DNA of 64,000 bases from Candidatus Aminicenantes bacterium (lineage in GTDB: Bacteria > Acidobacteriota > Aminicenantia > UBA2199), in the NCBI GenBank assembly GCA_963764745.1, contig CAVXTN010000006.1:1652313-1716312 (forward strand). Reading direction: 5' to 3'. Positions 27,731 through 39,080 of the stretch are shown here, one piece after another. The position numbers and the translations under genes were made by a program. The notes under the pieces were generated by a model, which saw only the letters and a program-made list of their open reading frames with translations, ran no database searches and was not told the origin of the DNA. Position 1 is the stretch's first letter. Each line of letters begins with the position of its first letter.

Positions 27731-27785
27731 ACGCGTTTTGGGGACGGATATGTGCGCCAGGCGCACATATCCGTCCCCGAAACGT
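27731..27785. repeat. Palindromic intergenic repeat, family A copy 1 (~24-bp stem), between the convergent ECH and ferritin-like genes
   Basis: ACGCGTTTTGGGGACGGATATGTGCGCC-AG-GCGCACATATCCGTCCCCGAAACGT. Related copies at 47901..47956 and 49321..49375. Confidence 0.8.
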
Positions 27786-27821
27786 CAGAGCGGTGAGTCA
27801 GAGCGGTGAGGCTGAGCGGGG

Positions 27822-28967
27822 TCAGCCGGCTTCGGCGGCAGCCTCGCGGTCGGCGTTGACGGCGTCGAAGTCGAGGTACTCCTCGCCGGTGTCGGTCCAG
27901 TCCTCGAACTGGGTGACGCCGAGCACGTCGAAGCTCTTGCGCAGCCAGCCGTCGTTGGCGTCGAGCAGGCCGAGCTTCTTGCAGTTGGGCACGATCTTCG
28001 AGAACAGCAGCTGCTGGAACGGGTCCTCGTTCTTGTCGGCCGACGTTGAAGGTGCGGATGGCCTCCTTCACGTCGACGCCCATGCGCTCCCAGACCTCCT
28101 GCTGGAGGAAGCGGTCGCGCATGCGCACCGCGGCCTCGAAGGCGAACTCCTGGCGGTCCAGCATCTCGGCGTCGGTGAGGCCCTCGTAGTACTCCTTCAG
28201 CGACAGCACGCCGAAGGCCACGTGGCGGGCCTCGTCGCTCATGACGTAGCGCAGCAGCTGCTTGAGCAGCGGCTCCTGGGTGGTCTGGTAGGCCATGCCG
28301 AACGCGGCCAGGGCGAGGCCCTCGACCATGATCTGCATGCCCAGGTAGGTCATGTCCCAGCGGCTGTCGTTGATGATGTCGTCGAGCAGCATCCGCAGGT
28401 GGGCGTTGATCGGGTAGTGGCCGTCGACACTTGGTGTCGAGGTACTTGGCGAAGACCTCGACGTGGCGGGCCTCGTCCATCACCTGGGTGGCGGCGTAGT
28501 ACTTGGCGTCGATCCACGGCACCGTCTCGACGATCTTGGCGGTGCAGATGAGCGCGCCCTGCTCGCCGTGCATGAACTGCGACAGCGACCAGTTCTGGCG
28601 ACTCGATCTGGAAGTCGAGCCACTCGCGGTCGCCCCACTTCGCGAGCGCCGTGCCCGTGAGGTCGATGCCGAGCATGTCGAAGATGTCCTCGCCGGCCAC
28701 GCCCTGCTCCGCCGGCCATCTTCTCCTGGTCGACCTCGATCGACCAGTCGAGGTCGGTCTCGCCGTTCCACTGCGACCGCTTGGCCTTCTCGTACAGCTT
28801 GTTCGAGCTGCGGGCCGGGCGCCCTTCTCGTAGTCCCACGTGAAGATGGCGTCGGCGTTGTCGGAGACCGTGTGGACAGCCTCGTCGACGTCGGTGTTGG
28901 TGATGGCGAGGATGGCGTCGAGGTCGTCGGTCTCCTCGCGACCGAGGATGTCGGCTTCGTTGGTCAT
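27822..28967 (-). CDS. Ferritin-like diiron-carboxylate protein (AurF/acyl-ACP-desaturase-like oxygenase family). At least five frameshifts.
   Basis: Reconstructed across three frames: MTNEADILGREETDDLDAIL... then ...NKLYEKAKRSQWNGETDLDW... then ...SQFMHGEQGALICTAKIVETVPWIDAKYYAATQVMDEARHVEVFAKYL... then ...DSRWDMTYLGMQIMVEGLALAAF...VMSDEARHVAFG... then ...DKNEDPFQQLLFSKIV...EAAAEAG*. Two E...EARH motifs. Confidence 0.6.
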
Positions 28968-28969
28968 GG

Positions 28970-29630
28970 TCAGGTCCCCCTTGGATCTGCGGATGGTGGT
29001 GGTGCGTGGTCGGGCCCGCTGTCGGCGAGAGCCACCACCAGGTGGGTGATGAGCTGCTCCCACGGCCCGGGCGTGGGCAGCGGCAGGTCGGTGGCGTCGA
29101 ACAGCAGGAAGCCGAACGCCAGGGCGTGGCAGAAGGCCACGAGCGAGTCGGTGTCGATGCCCTCGGAGATGCCCCCGTCGGCCTTGGCCGCCTCGACGAT
29201 GGCGGTGAGCCGGTCCTGGCGCTCGAGCACCCGGTTGCGCAGCACCTCGGCCACCTCGGGGTGGCGGCGGGCCGCGACGAAGGCCTCGAGCAGCAGCGAC
29301 GACTGTCGCGGGCACCTCGGTGTCGCGCTTGACCAGGTGGGTGCCGGCGGTCAGGAGGATGTCCTCCATGCGGCCCTGGAAGTGGTGGTCGGCGAACAGC
29401 GCCTCGAGCTCGTCGTTGGCGTGCGGGTCGATGGCCTCGACGAGGAGGTCGGCCTTGTTGGCGAAGCGTCCGTAGATGGCGCCGGTGGTGACGCCGGCCC
29501 GGCGGGCGATCTCGGCGACGCCGGCCTTGTCGTAGCCCCGCTCCGCGAAGACCTCGGCCGCGGCGGCCAGCAGGCGGTCGCCCAGGGCGTCGACCTCGGG
29601 GTCTCCGGGGGGCAGGGTCGGCTCGGGCAT
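28970..29630 (-). CDS. TetR/AcrR family transcriptional regulator. Frameshifted near 29290.
   Basis: N-terminal HTH LLAAAAEVFAERGYDKAGVAEIARRAGVTTGAIYGRFANK (inside ORF 28350..30224). C-terminal ligand-binding half in ORF 28970..29254. Confidence 0.7.
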
Positions 29631-29639
29631 CCGTCGGAT

Positions 29640-29655
29640 GATAATGACTATTATC
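29640..29655. promoter_or_regulatory. AT-rich inverted repeat GATAAT-GACT-ATTATC in the TetR upstream region. Candidate TetR operator and -10 element.
   Basis: ccgtcggatGATAATGACTATTATCcgggg lies 10-25 nt upstream of the TetR start. It is a striking AT island in a 72% GC background. Confidence 0.5.
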
Positions 29656-29700
29656 CGGGGGGTCAACGGGTCGTCCGTCACCCCCCGCCCGCCCGTGGGG

Positions 29701-30730
29701 CTACGTGAGCAGGACCCGCACGTCGACCGGGATGAGGTCGGTGAGGGACACCTCCGGACGGGCGCCCACGTGCGAGATGATCTCCGCCGCGGCGATGCCG
29801 CCGAGCCGGGCGCAGTCGGCGAAGCCGAGCCCGTGGGTGAGGCCGAAGAGGAAGCCGGCGGCGTAGAGGTCGCCCGCACCGGTGGTGTCGACGACGTGCT
29901 CGACGTGCGCGGCCGCGACCACGTGCACGACCCCGTCGGCCACCACCACCGAGCCCCTGCGAGCTGCGCGTGAGCGCCCAGATGCCGGGACGGGCCCGGA
30001 CCTCGACCAGCGCCGCGTCGAACGAGTCGACCTCGAAGAGCGAGCAGATCTCGGCCTCGTTGGCGAAGACGATGTCGACGTGGCCGTCGAGCAGCTCGAG
30101 GAACTCGGCCCGGTTCTGGTCGACGCAGAACGCGTCCGACAGCGTGAAGGCGGTGCGCCGACCGGCCGCCCGGGCGGTGGCGAACGCGTGGGTGAGGGCG
30201 GCCTTGGCGCCGGGCTCGGCCCACAGGTACCCCTCGCCGTAGGTGACCTCGGCCGACGCGATGAACGCCGGGTCGATGTCGTCGGGCGTGAGCAGCCCTG
30301 CGGTGCCGAGGTAGGTGTTCATGGTCCGCTGCGCGTCGGGCGTGACGAGGATGAGGCAGGTGGCCGTGGGCGGTCCCTCGGCGGCCGGCGGCGAGACGAA
30401 CTCGACGCCGATGGCCTTGATGTCGTGTGCGAAGACCTCGCCCAGCTGGTCGTCGCGGACCTTGCCGACGAACCCGGCGCGGCCACCCAGGCCCGCCACG
30501 CCCGCCATGGTGTTCGCCGCCGAGCCGCCCGACGACTCGGAGCCCGGGCCCATGGCGTCGTACAGGCGCCCGGCCTGCTCGGTGTCGATCAGGCGCATCG
30601 AGCCCTTGGCCAGCTCGTGCTCGACGAGGAAGGACTCGTCGGCGTGGGCGATCACGTCGACGATGGCGTTGCCCACCGCCACGACGTCGAGCTCGGCGGG
30701 CGGGTTGGCGGAGGCGGTCGCGTCAGTCAT
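29701..30730 (-). CDS. PfkB family carbohydrate/nucleoside kinase. Frameshifted near 29960.
   Basis: ...VVAVGNAIVDVIA...GGSAANTMAG... The C-terminal DTTGAGDLYAAGFLFGL motif is in ORF 29701..29949. Confidence 0.75.
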
Positions 30731-30758
30731 AGAGGTTGGCGACGCTACCGCGCGGCGG

Positions 30759-32122
30759 TCAGGGCCAGATGACCCGGCCGAAGCCGCTGAAGGTGTCGGG
30801 CCACACCCGGTCGACCCGCACCACCGAGCCCGTGTAGGGCGCGTCGATCATGAGGCCCCCGCCGATGTACATGCCCACGTGGTAGGCGGGCCGGCCGAAG
30901 AACACCAGGTCGCCGGGCTGCACGTCCTTGGGGGCCACCGGCGTGGCCCAGGCCTGCTGCGCCTGCGACACCCGCGGGATGGAGGTGACGCCAGCCGCCT
31001 GGAACGCCCGCAACATCAGCCCCGAGCAGTCGAAGCGGTCGGGGCCGGTGCCGCCCCACAGGTAGGGCTTGCCGTACTGGGCCACCACGTAGAGGACGGC
31101 CACGGCGGTGCGCTTGTCGGCCTTCTTGGGGATGACGATGGTGCCCGCCGGGCTGTTCACCGTGACCACGCCGGCCTGGTGCTTGAAGGTCTTGGGCAGC
31201 TTCTCGAGGGTGCCGGGCGCGAGGTCGGGGTTGAGGGCGACTTCGGCCATCAGCTCCTTCTCGTCCACGTCGAGCTGGTGCTGTGCGGCCTTCAGCGCTC
31301 CCGTGGCGGCGTCGAGGGTGCCCCGGGCCGAGCGGTGCGCGGCCTCGGCGGCGCGGCGCTGGCGGAACGCCACGTCGAGGACCGCCAGGGCCCGCGCGTG
31401 GTCGCCCGCGGCCGAGGCGATGCGCTCGCGCAGCTGCTGGGTGGTGAGGGCCATGTAGGTGCGCGCGGGGCCGCCGGTCTGGGGGTCGGAGGCCATGCCC
31501 GCGTCGAGCGAGACCCCGCCGCCGCCCTGGTAGCCGGTGTAGGCGCGCATGGCGGCCCACTTGAGGTCGCGCCGACGCCGCGCCCGGCCTTGCCCGCCGC
31601 ACGCACGTCGGCACGGTGCGCGGCCTCGAACACCAGCCGGGCCGCAGCCGCGGTGCGGGTTGCCGCCCGGTAGCGGATCTTCGCCGGGCCGACCGCCTTG
31701 GTGGCCGTCTCGACCGCCACCGAGTCGGCGTCGACGAGTCGGGCGATGTGGAACAGGGGGTCGTCGGAGGCCGACGGGATGAGGGGGGTCGGCACGAAGC
31801 CGGGCTGGGACTCGGCGGCGGGTGGGCCCCCGGGGACGGTGGTGCTCGTGGTGGTGGTGGTCGACGCACCGGGCTTCGCCGGCGTGGTGGTGGACGTGGC
31901 GCGCGGCGCCGTGGTGCTCGGCTCCGACGGCAGCGTGGTGGTGGGCGCCTCGGTGGTCGGCGGGAGGGTGTCGGTGACGGGCGGGTCGGTCGGCGCCGGT
32001 GCCGGGTCGGCGTGGCGGGCGCCGCTCGCGACGGGGGCCACCCAGACCGACAGCAGCGCCGCGAGCGCCGCTGCGGCCACCGCCACGGTCGGGCGGCGAC
32101 CGTGCAGGTTGTGGGTGGGCAT
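30759..32122 (-). CDS. RipA-like NlpC/P60 peptidoglycan endopeptidase with an N-terminal signal peptide, Thr/Pro linker and coiled-coil. Frameshifted near 31570.
   Basis: C-terminal catalytic domain ...[25 protein letters not shown]...GDLVFF...[15 protein letters not shown].... The N-terminal half is in ORF 31292..32122. Confidence 0.75.
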
Positions 32123-32321
32123 GGGCAGGCGGTCCTTCGAGCAGCGGGGACGCAGGAGTCTTGCAGCCTTCGGTGACCCCGGTCACCCCGAGTCACGCCG
32201 GCCCAGAGAGCATCGGCACGCCGGCACCGGATCCTGAGCCTCGCGACGCCGAGGCGGCTCTCCGCTCGCCCTCCCGGAACTACGCTCCACTCTCCGTCCC
32301 GCAAGTCCGAGGAGCACCACC

Positions 32322-34883
32322 GTGGCCGACCCGCAGGGCGCCGACCCGCACCGCCTCCCCCGAACCGTCGTCCCGAGCCGCTACGACCTGGTGCTCGAGC
32401 CCGACCTCGACGCGGGCACGTTCCGCGGCACCGTCGCCGCGTCGGTCGACGTGGTCGACGCGGTCGCCGAGCTGGTCCTCAACGCCATCGAGCTGGTCAT
32501 CGACGAGGCCTGGGTCGTCGACGCCAACGGCACCCGCAGCGACGCCTCGGTCAGCTACGACGAGGCCACCGAGCGCGCCACGCTGTCGTTCGACGGGGCC
32601 CTCGTCACCGGCACCGCCACCGTCCACGCCTCGTTCCGCGGCATCCTCAACGACAAGCTCCACGGCTTCTACCGCTCCACCTTCACCGACGCCGACGGGC
32701 ACCACCCGCACGCTCGCCACCACCCAGTTCGAGTCCACCGACGCCCGCCGGGCCTTCCCGTGCTGGGACGAGCCCGACTTCAAGGCCGTCTTCGGCGTGA
32801 CCCTCGTGGTGCCCGCCGACCTGCTCGCGCGTCTCGAACGGCGCCGAGGTCGGCCGCGAGGACACCGGCGACGGCCGGGTGCGGGTGCGCTTCGCCGACA
32901 CCATGCTGATGTCCACCTACCTGGTGGCCTTCGTGGTCGGGCCGCTCGAGGCCACCGACCCGGTCGACGTCGACGGCGTGCCGCTGCGCGTCGTGCACGC
33001 CCCCGGCAAGGCCCACCTGGCCGGCTTCGCGCTCGAGATCGGCGCCTTCGCCCTGCGCTACTTCGCCGACTACTACGGCATCCCCTACCCGGGCGACAAG
33101 CTCGACCTCGTGGCCATCCCCGACTTCGCGTTCGGGGCCATGGAGAACCTCGGCTGCATCACGTTCCGCGAGACCGCGCTGCTCGTCGACCCGGCGACGC
33201 GCCACCCAGCCCGAGCTCGCAGCGCGTCGCCGACGTGGTCGCCCACGAGCTCGCCCACATGTGGTTCGGCGACCTCGTCACCATGAAGTGGTGGAACGGC
33301 ATCTGGCTCAACGAGGCGTTCGCCACGTTCATGGAGATCGCTCGCCGTCGACGCACTTCCGCCCCGAGTGGAAGCGCTGGACCACCTTCGGCCTCGAGCG
33401 CTCGGCCGCCTTCGACATCGACTCGCTCGCCGCCACCCGCCCCATCGAGTTCGAGGTGCGTGTCGCCGGCCGACGCCGAAGGCATGTTCGACGTCCTCAC
33501 CTACGAGAAGGGCGCGTCGGTGCTGCGCATGCTCGAGCAGTACCTCGGCGAGGAGCGCTTCCGCGACGGCATCCGCCTCTACCTGGCACGAGCACGCCTA
33601 CGGGAACACCGAGACCACCGACCTGTGGGACGCCCTCGAGGCGGCCACCGGCGAGCCGGTCCGCCGCATCATGGACACCTGGATCTTCCAGGGCGGGCAC
33701 CCCGTCATCGGCGTCGACCTCGCCGCCGAGGGCACGGTGCTGCGCCTCACCCAGGAGCAGTTCCGCTACCTGGGCGGCGACGCGGGCGCCCGCTGGGCCG
33801 TGCCGGTGCTGGTGCGCTGGGCCGACGCCTCCACCGGCGACGTCCACGAGCGCAAGGAGCTGCTCGACGGCGACGCGCTCGAGATCGACCTGCCCACCGC
33901 GGCCTCGTGGGTGGTGGCCAACAGCGGCGCCAGCGGCTTCTACCGGGTGCGCTACACGCCCGAGCTGCGGGCTGCCGTCACCGCTCGGGCGCAGGCCTCG
34001 CTGAACCCCGCCGAGCGCTACTCGCTGGTCGACGACACCTGGTCGTCGGTGCTGGCGGGCACCACGCCCGCGTGCGAGTTCCTCGAGCTGGCCGCGGCGT
34101 TCGGCGACGAGCCCGACGTGTCGGTGTGGCGCCGCCTCATCGGTGCCCTCGCCACCCTCGACCGCATCTCCGACGACGCCACGCGCGACCGCCTGGCCGC
34201 GTTCGTCGGCACGCTCCTGTCCCCGGCGCTCGACCGGCTCGGACCCGCGCCGCTGGCCGACGAGCCCGAGCGCGTCACGGTGCTCCGGGCCGCGCTGTTC
34301 GAGGCCCTCGGCGTGCTCGCCCACGACGAGCGGGTGCTCGAGCAGTCGCGCCGCATCCTCGCCGGCGAGGTGGAGGTCGACCCCGCCACCGCCGACGCCG
34401 CGGTGCGGGTGGTCGCCGGCCACGCCGACACCGCCACGTTCGACGACTTCCTGGCGCGGTCGAAGGCCGCCACCACGCCGCAGGACACCTTGCGCTACCT
34501 CGGTGCCCTCGCCGACGTCGACGACCCCACGCTCTTCGCGCTTCCTCGATCTGCTGCTGGGACCCGACGTCCGCACCCAGGACGCGGGGCTGCTCCTCAA
34601 CCGGGCGCTCACCAACCGGGTCAACGCGGCCACGGCGTGGACGTTCGCCACCTCGCACTGGGACGAGCTCATCGAGCGCCTGCCCACCAACGCGGTGTCA
34701 CGCATGATCACCGGCGTCCGCACCTTCCACGACGCGGCCCTGGCCGCCCAGGTCGAGGCCTTCCTCGAGGCGCATCCCGTGCCCCAGGCCGCCCGCGCCT
34801 TCGCGCAGCACCTCGAGCGCATCCGCGTCACGGTCGGGCTCGCCGAGCGCGAGCAGGCGCGGCTGAGCGACGCCCTGTCGTGA
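32322..34883 (+). CDS. pepN: Aminopeptidase N (M1 family). At least seven frameshifts.
   Basis: Reconstructed across frames: ...[13 protein letters not shown]... (GAMEN), [31 protein letters not shown] (HEXXH...E zinc site), and the ERAP1-like C-domain. The first frameshift is a G insertion in a GGG run at ~32690. Confidence 0.85.
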
Positions 34884-36136
34884 CCCGCGAGCGCCGCCCA
34901 CCGAGCGGGCCCACCGGCCCGCTCCGCTGGGCGGTGCACCGCGCGGTCGCCACCGGGCTCGTGCCCACGCTGCCCGAGCTCCGCCACGCGCTCCGGCCCC
35001 CCGGCGACCACCCGGTGGCGCGCCGCCTCGAGGTCTTCGCGGTCGAGCCCCACAGCGCGCAGATCACGTGGAGCGCGCTCGGGCCCGGGCCCGTCCGCTT
35101 CCGGGTCGCCGACACCATCGTCGACGTCGCCACCGACGGCGGCCCGGGTGTCGTCGAGCTGCCCGGGCTCCCCGAAGGCAGCCACCTGCGCCTCGAGGTG
35201 AGCGGCGAGGGCGTGCCCGACCGGCACCGCACGCTGGCCTTCCGCACCCCGCTCCCGCCACCCGGCGAGGAGTGCTACCGCCTCGCCACCATCAGCGACC
35301 TCCACGTCGGCGAAGCCACGTTCGGCTACCTCCACACCATCACCGACGACGACCTGCTCGACCCCCATCCGGTGCGCTGCACCCGCGCCGCCATCGCCGA
35401 GGCCGCCGCCTGGGGCGCGCAACGCCTGCTGGTCAAAGGTGACGTGGTCGACCAGGCGCACCCGGCACCGTGGCAGGTGGCCGCGGGGCTGCTGGCCGCG
35501 GCACCCATGCCCGTCGACGTGATCCCCGGCAACCACGAGAAGAAGCGCCGTCGCACCATCGAGCCCGGCGTCGCGCTCGGCCAGGTGGGGCTCGACGTGG
35601 TCGAAGGCGTCACCACCATCGACGTGCCCGGGCTGCGGCTCGTGCTGCTCGACAGCGCGCAGGTCGGCGACGACCGGGGGCGGCTCGGCCACCTCGAGGA
35701 GGAGCTCACCGAGGCGCTGACGGGCGCGCAGGGCGGCGCGCTGGTGGCGATGCACCACCAGGTGCAGCGCGGCGTGCTCCCCACGAGCTATCCGTTGGGG
35801 GTGCCGCGCAACGAGGGCCGCCGCGTCCTCGACAGCATCGCCACGGCGCATCCCGCCACCTTCGTCACCTCGGGCCACGTGCACCGCAACCGGCGGTGGC
35901 ACCATGGTCCCCTGGTGCTCACCACGGTCGGCTCGGTCAAGGACTACCCCGGCGTGTGGGCCGGCTACGTGGTGCACGAGGGCGGGATCCGCCAGGTGAC
36001 GCGCCGGGTCGCCGAGCCCGCCGCCATCGGCTGGACGGAACGATCGGGCGACGCGCTGTTCGGCGTCTACCGGCACTGGACCCCGGGCCCGCTCGAGGGC
36101 CGCAGCTTCAGCTGGACCTGGCCCCATCCGATCTGA
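34879..36136 (+). CDS. Metallophosphoesterase (calcineurin-like/purple-acid-phosphatase-like)
   Basis: The GTG start overlaps the pepN stop (GTGA). ...ISDLHVGE...GDVVD...GNHE...HHQ...GHVHRN... are metallophosphatase motifs. 419 aa, intact. Confidence 0.7.
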
Positions 36137-36170
36137 CACTGGGCGACTGGACTCGAGGAGGCGGAAACGA

Positions 36171-37788
36171 GTGACGAACCCAGGAGGGAGCAGGCTCTCG
36201 CGGTTCGCCCGCATCCAGGTCCTTCCCGACCCCGGCGCGCCGTGGCGACCGACCTGGCCGTTCGTGCTGATCGCGGCCACCGCCTTCCCCCTCGCCCTGC
36301 TGCCGCTGGGCGTCCCGTCGAACGCCAAGCTCGTCACCCTCGCCGCGGTGTTCTTCGTCATCGCGGCCGCGCTCACGCTGCTGCCGAGCACCCGATCGCT
36401 GCTCGCGTCCGACGACACCTTGCCCGACCAGCGCTGGTGGCTGCGCCCGCTGGCGGCGCAGGTGCCGGTGCTCTTCTGGTGCCTGACCGTCGCCACGCTG
36501 CAGGCGTCCGGCGGTGGTGCCCGGGCCGGCTACGCGCCCCTGCTCATCCTCCCCATCGTCGCCCAGGCGGTCATCGGCACCCGTCGCGACCTGTTCGCCT
36601 CGCTGCTGCTCACCACCCTCACGTTGCTGCTGCCGGTGCTGGTGGTCGGGCCCCCGCGCTACCCCCGCTCGGAGATCCGTGGGGCGGTGCTGTGGCTCAT
36701 CTGCTCGGCGGGCGCGGGCCTGGTCATCGAGCAGCTGGTGCGTGCCGGGCGCGACAAGCAGGCGGCGGTCAGCGCGGTCGCGCAGCTCACCCGTGAGCTC
36801 GACGAGGCGCCCGACGTGGGCCGGGCCATCGCCAACGGCGCGGTGCGGATCATCGGGGCCGACGTGGCCCTGCTGCACGAGCCTGCGGGCCCGGCAGGGC
36901 TGGCACGCCTCGGCTGGGCGGTCTCCGGCTCCGAGCTGGCCACCCGCAGCGAGGCGCGCGTCGAGGCCCACGCGCCGCCCGACAACGTGGCCGCCGACAG
37001 CGGTCCGGGCCTCGTCCTCGCCGCGCGAGCCGTCGTTCTCGATCGGCGCCATCGACCCCACCGACGCCACCGACGAGCTCGATGACTGGCTCGGCGGGCA
37101 GCAGGTCACGTCGGTGCTCCACGTGCGGGCGACGCGCCACTGGCGGCGCCATGTCGTGCTCACGCTCGGGTGGCGCCACATCGGGGTGTCGGCCATGCAC
37201 GACGTGCTCCCCATCGCCGAGCTGCTCGCCAACGAGGCGGTGGCCGCGTTCGATCGGGCCGACCTCGTCTCCGGGCTCGCCAGCGACGCCGCCCACGACG
37301 CGCTCACCGGCCTCCCCAACCGCCGGGCGTGGGACAAGGTGCTCACCACCGAGGTCAGCCGCGCCCGCCGCTCCCGCCAGCCGCTCGCGGTGGTGCTCCT
37401 CGACCTCGACCACTTCAAGGCCTTCAACGACACCCACGGCCACGTGGCGGGCGACTCGCTGCTCCACGACGCCGCGCAGGCCTGGGTGTCCGACCTCCGC
37501 GACACCGACATGCTGGCGCGCTGGGGCGGCGAGGAGTTCGGCCTGCTCCTGCCGAACACGCACGTGGAGGTGGCCGTCGACGTGGTCGAGCGGCTGCGGG
37601 CCGAGACCCCCGGCGACCAGACGGTCTCGGCCGGCCTGGCGATGTTCCACCCGCAGGCCGACGCCACGTCGCTCACCGATGCGGCCGACCGGGCCCTCTA
37701 CGCCGCCAAGCAGGCCGGCAGGAACCGCCTGGCCATCGCCCGCGTCGACGGCAACGGCGACGGCGTCGGGGTGGGCGTCGTCAGCTGA
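36171..37788 (+). CDS. Membrane-anchored diguanylate cyclase (GGDEF). Frameshifted near 37040.
   Basis: An N-terminal ~6-TM sensor region, then ...DALTGLPNRRAWD...RWGGEEFGLLLP (GGEEF active site). Confidence 0.8.
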
Positions 37789-38329
37789 CGGGCCGGTAGG
37801 CCACGTGACCGGCGACGTCCTCGACGGTGACCTTCTCGCGGAAGCGCTGGGTGCCCACGGTGACCGCGCAGGTGAAGCTGCCCTTGGGGGCGATGACCCG
37901 CACCGGGCTGGTGCCGCAGTCGACGGTGACCGCGCCCGGCGCTCCGTCGTGGGCGTAGAGCGTGGCCAGGCGCGTCCGGAGGTCCTGCACCGTCTTGTCG
38001 ACCACGATCACGGCCGCCGCGGGCTTGAACGACACCCGCCCGGTGTCGTCGAGCTGCGTGACGACGATGCCGACCTTCTGCCCCTGCACCACCGTGGAGC
38101 ACTGGAACGTGGCTCCCTTGGCGAGCGGCACCCGATCGGGGCAGTGCGTCCCCGACACCGGCGCAGGCTGGTAGTAGGCGGCCAGCTTCGTCCCGATCTG
38201 CTGCTGGGCCTTCGAGGTGTCGAGCTGGTCGTGGTGGCTGCACGACGCGAGGCCGAGCGCGGCCGCCACCAGCACCAGCCCTGCCACCAGACGAGGTCGC
38301 GGGGTGCGGCGGCGCGTTCGGGAGACCAT
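37781..38329 (-). CDS. DUF4333 domain lipoprotein
   Basis: Signal peptide plus lipobox LGLASC, then the DUF4333-like ...VSGTHCPDRVPLAKGATFQCSTVV...CAVTVGTQ. Confidence 0.6.
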   Translation of the reverse strand: MVSRTRRRTPRPRLVAGLVLVAAALGLASCSHHDQLDTSKAQQQIGTKLAAYYQPAPVSGTHCPDRVPLAKGATFQCSTVVQGQKVGIVVTQLDDTGRVSFKPAAAVIVVDKTVQDLRTRLATLYAHDGAPGAVTVDCGTSPVRVIAPKGSFTCAVTVGTQRFREKVTVEDVAGHVAYRPVS

Positions 38330-38412
38330 GGCGGGAGGGGGCAGCCTGGTCGAGCACAGCAGCTCGGGCGTCAGGCGCAGCTCTCCACACTACCGAAGCC
38401 CGGACCGCCGTC

Positions 38413-39051
38413 CTACGGCAGGAGCGACAGCACCAGGCCCACCTGGCCGAGGTGGTAGGTGACCATGACGGCGAGCCGCCCACCCTTGAAAGGGTTGACG
38501 AACTTGTTCCAGGCGAGGGTGCCGTCGGACGCGAAGAAGAGCAGCGCGCCGACCATGGCCCAGGCGTCGCCCGAGCCGATGGCGCTGGCGACCATCGCGG
38601 AGATCACCACGAGGTACGCGAGGACCGGGCCCACGAGCCCCGGCTCGTCGCCCGCCCGCACCGCCCGCACGATGTGTCGGCCGAGCGTGGCCGCGCCCAC
38701 CGCCACCACCACCAGGCCGACCACCAGCAGCCCGGCGTGCTGGGGACGGAACCAGAAGCCCACCACGTAGCAGACGTGGCCCACGAAGAACGCGGCCAGG
38801 CCTTCGATGAACCGCTCGCGCGGGAGCATCAGGAACACGTCGCCGGCGAGCGAGGCCACCAGCCCTGCCACGAACCAGGCGCGGGTGGCCCCGTACTCGG
38901 GGTGGAGCGTGACCGCCACGCCGACGAGCAACGCGAGGGTGGCCGGCTTGGCCACCCATTCGAGGGGCCGGCGCCCGGTCGCGACCGCGACCCAGTCGAC
39001 GACCGCCGCGACCAGCGCCAGGGCCAGCAGCGCCGAGGCGGCCGTGGTCAT
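38413..39051 (-). CDS. YhhN family (lysoplasmalogenase/TMEM86-like) membrane protein
   Basis: 212 aa with ~7 TM helices and the LAGDVFLM...FFVGHVCYVVGF...LFFASDGTLAWNKF motifs. Confidence 0.7.
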   Translation of the reverse strand: MTTAASALLALALVAAVVDWVAVATGRRPLEWVAKPATLALLVGVAVTLHPEYGATRAWFVAGLVASLAGDVFLMLPRERFIEGLAAFFVGHVCYVVGFWFRPQHAGLLVVGLVVVAVGAATLGRHIVRAVRAGDEPGLVGPVLAYLVVISAMVASAIGSGDAWAMVGALLFFASDGTLAWNKFVNPFKGGRLAVMVTYHLGQVGLVLSLLP

Positions 39052-39080
39052 GCCCTCGAGGTGCACGGTGTGGCCCGCAC

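Noticed and set aside
33497-36496. 999-aa minus-strand ORF
   Set aside because: Antisense to pepN and the metallophosphoesterase gene. Arg/Gly/Ala-rich with no domains.
36108-37676. 522-aa minus-strand ORF and 37082..38458 plus-strand ORF as alternative genes
   Set aside because: Both are antisense or out-of-frame relative to the strongly supported GGDEF cyclase and DUF4333 genes.
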